Made by a program: the position numbers and the translations under genes. Below, in pieces: positions 58,522-64,000 of a DNA stretch of 64,000 nucleotides. The stretch is from Eledone cirrhosa. Its lineage: Eukaryota. The number at the start of each line of letters is the position of its first letter. Position 1 is the stretch's first letter. The notes under the pieces were generated by a model. That model did not search any database and was not told where the DNA came from. It was given only the letters and a program-made list of their open reading frames with translations. The stretch spans positions 274,536,001 to 274,600,000 of the forward strand of contig OZ024740.1 in assembly GCA_964016885.1 (NCBI GenBank). Reading direction: 5' to 3'.

Positions 58522-58757
58522 TTTTTTTATTTTTATTTTAATCGATCGACTTTCGTCAAATCGGACCGAGGAAACAATGTTTCCGTTGGTCTTTCCAATT
58601 GCTAGTACTATCTATCGGTCACAACTCCAGGTAGAAGGAGCAACGTGAAATAAAGTGTCTTGCTCAAGGACATAACGCATCGCCCGGTCCAGGAATCGAA
58701 CTCACAACCTCAAGATTGTGAATCCAATTCTCTAACCACTCAGCCACACGCCTTCAC
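58522..58757 (-). mobile_element. SINE with family-A head/core, third tail type and A-rich end
   Basis: tggctgagtggttagag head, gagttcgattcc B box, ccttgagcaagacactt core. The tail also occurs alone at 53662-53710. Confidence 0.7.
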
Positions 58758-58819
58758 ATATATATATATACATACATATATACATATAGATATATACATA
58801 CATACATACATATATATAT

Positions 58820-58852
<33 letters not shown>

Positions 58853-58899
58853 TACATTTATATATATATATATACATACATATATATATATATATATAA

Positions 58900-59915
58900 C
58901 TTTGAATAACTTTTAAATGTTTTGGCCAGTATTGGCCCAGGCCATATCTAACTTAATAGCACCACCTGGCAAAGTCTTTCAATTCAGGATTTGGGCACCA
59001 TGGCCCATTCGAGAAGGGAATTACTGTTTGCGGAGACATATCCAGGTGTGGGTGGTTTGTCTGGGATTACTTGGAGGAATTTGTCCAAAGACTTCTTGAA
59101 TTTCGTGTGGTCAGTTTCTGTGTTGACGTGTCCTGGTGTGATGTTGAAGAGAGCAGGGCCAATTGAGGTGAAATAATTGTGCTGTATTATTGTTATGTGT
59201 TGCGATTTAGATTTTTGTTTGGGATGGATAGCACGGGGCCCAAGCTTTAGGTGTATCTTGAATGTGATGCCAACATTATTTGGGCAATGCTGCTGAAACA
59301 TTTTTCACATCATGCAGATAATATAATGCTCACGGCGAGGTTGGAGTGAGTAAACTTTCAGCTTTTTAGTCGACCAAAGTAGTCAAGGGCTGACATGCCA
59401 TCTATCTTTTTCGTGATTGCTCTTTCGGGAGGTTCAAGTTTCATGATACTTTGTTTCGTGTGGGGAGACCACAGTATTCAAGGTGTGGTCGGGCAAGAGT
59501 GGAGAAGAGAAGGATAATTGTGTGAGAATCACTCGACTGGAAGGTTCTGAGGATCCAGGAACACATTCTGCGAGCCATGTCAACTTTGCTGCTTATATGC
59601 GTGGCCCAACTTATGTTGCTGTCCACAGTTACTCCCAAGTGTCTGATGTTGTTAGATGCCACGAAAGTTTCACCGGAGGGAAGGGAGTATGGGAGTTTCA
59701 GAGCATCCTCTTTTCCCAAGTGGATCAGTTCGAATTTGCCTTTGTTCAGTAACATGTTGTTCTTTTCCGCTCATTGGGTAACAGCCAGTAGGTCTGACTG
59801 AGGGTTTATCCAGTCATCCACGCCATTGATGACCTTCTGGAGCTTGGAATCATCAGCGAAAATTATAATGTTGCTGTGTTTGATGATGTCAGTGATGTCA
59901 TTAATTTAGATGATG
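58900..59915 (-). pseudogene. CR1/L2-group LINE, RT C-terminal fragment
   Basis: FADDSKL..KFELIHLG..HLGVTVD..ARPHLEY..YVSANSNSLLEW; frameshifted. Confidence 0.85.
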
Positions 59916-59937
59916 AAGAGAAATAGGCCCAATATAG

Positions 59938-59976
<39 letters not shown>

Positions 59977-60296
59977 CATACATATATATATATATACATA
60001 CATATATATACATGCATACATATATATATACATACACATATATATATATATACATACATATATATATACATACATATATATATATATACATACATATATA
60101 TATATATACATACATATATATATATACACATATATATATATACATACATATATATATATACATACATATATATATATATAAACTCATAAATATACACATA
60201 TATATATTTATATACATATATATATATATATATGTGAAGTAATTCCGTCGGAAAGATCCAGGAAAAAAGAGTGCTCTATGTAGGTTACAGAGCTTA

Positions 60297-60584
60297 ATAG
60301 TTATGTAATAAACAACATAAGGCAATTATTTCATTTACCAGTGGTTTCATAAAAACAAACAAATTTTGCTTTCAATCATCAGAATGAAAAAATCCTGGTG
60401 TATTTATTGACATTGTATTTTTCAGCCTCACTTTCATATAGATTATATTTTTGTTTTTTAAAATCCAATGTCAATAAATACACCAGGATTTTTTCATTCT
60501 GATGATTGAAAGGGAAATTTGTTTGCTTTTAAGAAACCACTGGTAAATGAAATAATTGTCTTATGTTGTTTATTACATAACTAT
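60297..60584. mobile_element. Fold-back element with two intact divergent hammerheads (60329-60389 minus, 60492-60552 plus)
   Basis: About 125-bp arms. Stem I TTTCATT/AATGAAA, CTGATGA, AU/GU-rich stem II, GAAAC-CACTG-GTA. Extra 60-bp tail on the left. (TA)n flanks. Confidence 0.85.
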
Positions 60585-60676
60585 ATATATATATATATAC
60601 ATACATACATATATATATATATATACATATATATATATGTACATACATACATATATATGTATATATATACATACAT

Positions 60677-61203
60677 ATGGGACGAGCTGATAAACTCCGA
60701 CCTCACACACTTACACCTCTCCAAGACAATGGCACTGGACCGAGACCTTTGGCGGTACTCAGTAACAGAGAAGACCCGCCTTACCTAAATACATAGTAAA
60801 ACCTACTACAGCCAGTAGGCATCTCTAACAAAATACCCCCCCCCCCACCCCCCCCCCCCCCCGTCCCACCGCCCCCAACCCATCCACGCCACCCCGTTCT
60901 ATGTAAAGTTGTGTTGGTGCCACACCATCCAGGCCGAAACAAATGAGGTCGTGTAGGTGTCACAACAAAAAAACACACAGTCCACGCTGTAATGTGGCCG
61001 TGTAGGCAACACGGTAAAAACCTCCCAGCCCCACACTGTAAATGTGGTTGGTGTTAGGAAGGGCATCCAACTGTAGAAAACCTGCCAGACAGTCCTATGC
61101 GAGCAAGACAATCACTCTTGCCTCAAGTGGGACTACCCCCGTCCAAACCCATGCAAGCGTGGAACACGGACGTTAAACGTTGATGATGATGATGATGATG
61201 ATA
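60677..61203 (+). mobile_element. RTE LINE 3' end (31590 subfamily)
   Basis: [15 protein letters not shown], 3'UTR and (gat)n tail. Confidence 0.9.
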
Positions 61204-61230
61204 CATATATATATATATGTACATTTTACA

Positions 61231-61657
61231 TTTTACCCAATTACATCTCTCGAAGGTGTAATTGGGTAAAACACGACCATGACATCTGGCGTCAGGCAGT
61301 AATACAGAGTACCCGACCTCCCATGGGTACAAGCTGAAGCATATAGACAATATATGCTTCAGCTTGTACTCCACACCCTCCCACTGCAAAGTGGTCATGG
61401 AGGTGCACGTAAAAAAAGCACCCAGCCCACACTGTAAAGTGGACATTTAGGCGCCACGGAAAAAAGCACCCAGCACTCACTATAAATGAGGTTGGTGGTA
61501 GAAAGGGCATTCAGCTGCAGAAACCAAGCCAAAATCAGTTCCTGTATGAGCAAGGTATGATCAGCTGACCAGTTACTGCCCACAACAGGACAGCCCGTCT
61601 AACCCATGCTAGCATGGAAGAACGGATGTAAAACGGTGATGATGATGATGATGATGA
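61231..61657 (+). mobile_element. RTE LINE 3' end (47522 subfamily) with two internal hairpin inversions
   Basis: Homologous to the 14790-15196 and 47522-47925 regions. Confidence 0.85.
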
Positions 61658-61664
61658 TACATAC

Positions 61665-61719
<55 letters not shown>

Positions 61720-61824
61720 CATACATATATATATATATATATACATACATACATATATATATATACATACATACATATATATATATATATACATACATAC
61801 ATATATATATATAATACATACATA

Positions 61825-61978
<154 letters not shown>

Positions 61979-62334
61979 GATACATAGTATTAGTTATACT
62001 ATTTATGGTTATGTAAATACAAAACCCCAAGCAGTTGTAAGTATTTTACACACACCCTAAATAGTGGTAGGCAGTAATGTATTTACTACCTTATTACCAG
62101 TAAGTTAAGTAGCTCAATGTAAAAACATCAAATGATTTACAGAGCAGTTATATGAAATATATGGATCAAAGAACTGCTCAAAACATTATATTATAATGTT
62201 TTGAGCAGTTCTTTAATTCTTATATTTCATATAGATACATATATATATACATACATATATAATATATATACATATATAATATATATACGTATATAATATA
62301 TATACATATATAATATATATACATATATATACAT

Positions 62335-64000
62335 ACCACTGCACAAACTCCCATTGCTGCCATTAACAAACAAACAAATTAACAACACACCAAAACAATT
62401 AAAACCATCCACTCTCGCCTCTACATTTTTGCTTAACGCCCAAGGCATCAGCCCTTCCACCAATACTCAAAAATGGAAGATCAAATTCCTGGAGGACTGG
62501 ATTGATGTCCATCCAAACCACATCCCTTTCTTCGTCCTCACTGAAACCCATCTCAGTAACCTCCACTTGGAAGCCGAGGTGAAAGTGAAAAATTTCAAAG
62601 CCATCCGTGCTGATCGCGCTGGCAGAAGAAAGGGCGGAACTGCCATTTATGTCCATAATTCTTTCTCAACAGAGGCTATGAACATATTCACTAATGGATA
62701 CTGTGAGGCAGTCACTGTATTCAGTCAAACCAACAACCTATTAGTAGTTGGGCTCTATAGGCCACCCCAAACGCCTGTACCATGCTTCAAGGAATGCCTC
62801 AACAGCATAAAGTGTTTCATCCAAGAGTGTCACCCTGACAACATCTTAATGATGGGGGGACTTCAACCTCCCCGGAGTTGACTGGTCCACAAACACCCTG
62901 CCACCAGGTTCTTCTGCCTCAACCTCTGACAGGGAAGCTGTGGAATCACTTCTTGACTTCATGGATGATTTCTTCCTATCCCAACTAGTGCTCGAACCAA
63001 CGAGGTGCCACAAAAACGTCCTAGACTTAATTTTCAGCAATCACACTGACAATATCCACAATATTGCAGTGGAGAAAACTCTACTCTCTGATCATGACAT
63101 GGTTCTCTGTGATCTGAGATTCCACCGTCCAATATACAAACCCAATGTCATCTCTCCTGTCCATCCGTTTGACGCTATGGATTTCCACAATGCAAACTGG
63201 GAAGCGATCAGTCATGATCTTGCACATGTCGACTGGTCCTTCACGCACACTCATACACCCACTAACATCAAAAAGTCCTGGCAGACATTTGTGGACACTG
63301 TTACAAACATATGTGCTAAACACACCCCATTAAGAACTATAAACAAATCTAAGAGCAGAATCCCTAGAAATAGAAAAACGCTCATCAGAAAAATTAAGAG
63401 AACGAACAAAAAAATCAACAAGCTGAAATACTGTCAGCAGCAACACATCAACTTGACTGCCATTTCATCACTAGAGATTAAAAAACATAACCTCCAAAAC
63501 AACATAATGTCCCTCATCAACAATCAGAGAAGAGCTGAAGAGGCCTGGGCCATTGAGAAGATCAAACTCAATCCCAAAGTGTTCTTTTCATTTGCAAAAA
63601 AACACAAAATCACTGGCTCTACTGTTGGCCCTCTAATTGATGAAAATGGCACTCTTCAAGACAATGCTAAAACCATGGGTGAGATACTGCAGAAACAATA
63701 CTGCTCTGTTTTCAGCAATCCTGATATGGCCGATCTGGGCTGTATCGGCGATGTTACTCCCCATTACACCTTATCGGACATAACGTTTGGCGCCCCTGAT
63801 GTCTTGGCGGCAATAAAGGAAATCAAGCATAATTCAGCAGTAGGTCCCGATAGGTTCCCTGCTTGTGTCCTGAAGGCGTGTCAACACCAACTTGCTTCTC
63901 CTCTTGCCAATCTGTGGCGGAACTCACTGGATGCTGGATATGTGCCAGAAAACCTTCTATCCCAGTCTGTTGTCCCAGTTTTCAAAAAGGGAAACAAATC
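62335..64000 (+). mobile_element. CR1/L2-group LINE ORF2 N-terminus (APE endonuclease and linker), runs off the window
   Basis: LNAQGI..LTETHL..GGTAIY..GLYRPP..[frameshift in G run at about 62855] GDFN..LDLIF..SDHD..VGPDRFPA..PVFKKG. Confidence 0.9.

Noticed and set aside
53662-58590. 49-bp inverted pair (53662-53710 / 58542-58590) as TIRs of a 4.9-kb element
   Set aside because: The right copy is the tail of the adjacent SINE, so the left is most simply a truncated copy in the opposite orientation. 5 mismatches and no TSD.

Overview
AT-rich, repeat-dominated eukaryotic (animal) DNA, probably intronic or intergenic. The SINE/RTE repertoire and huge (TA)n tracts suggest a cephalopod such as Octopus, which is an inference. 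No intact host gene is visible. Nearly all long ORFs are either microsatellite artefacts (YI/CV/HT repeats) or fragments of non-LTR retrotransposons: RTE-clade LINEs with a C4HC3 PHD finger inserted inside the RT domain, CR1/L2-group endonuclease and RT fragments, and R4/Dong-like restriction-endonuclease fragments. There are also two abundant tRNA-derived SINE families, piggyBac-like and pogo/Tigger-like MITEs, and short solo LTRs. The main unexplained signal is about ten mutually unrelated, short non-coding inserts in or beside (TA)n tracts. Each carries a type-I hammerhead ribozyme fold (CUGANGA / stem II / GAAA / short, often palindromic stem III / NUH). Several are fold-back palindromes with two divergent ribozymes, including a perfect 520-bp palindrome. 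They look like a diverse set of TA-targeting Penelope-like pseudo-LTR or retrozyme-type elements. Inverted duplications and template-switch hairpins also recur at TA-tract and retroelement junctions. All folds were done by eye; no searches were run.
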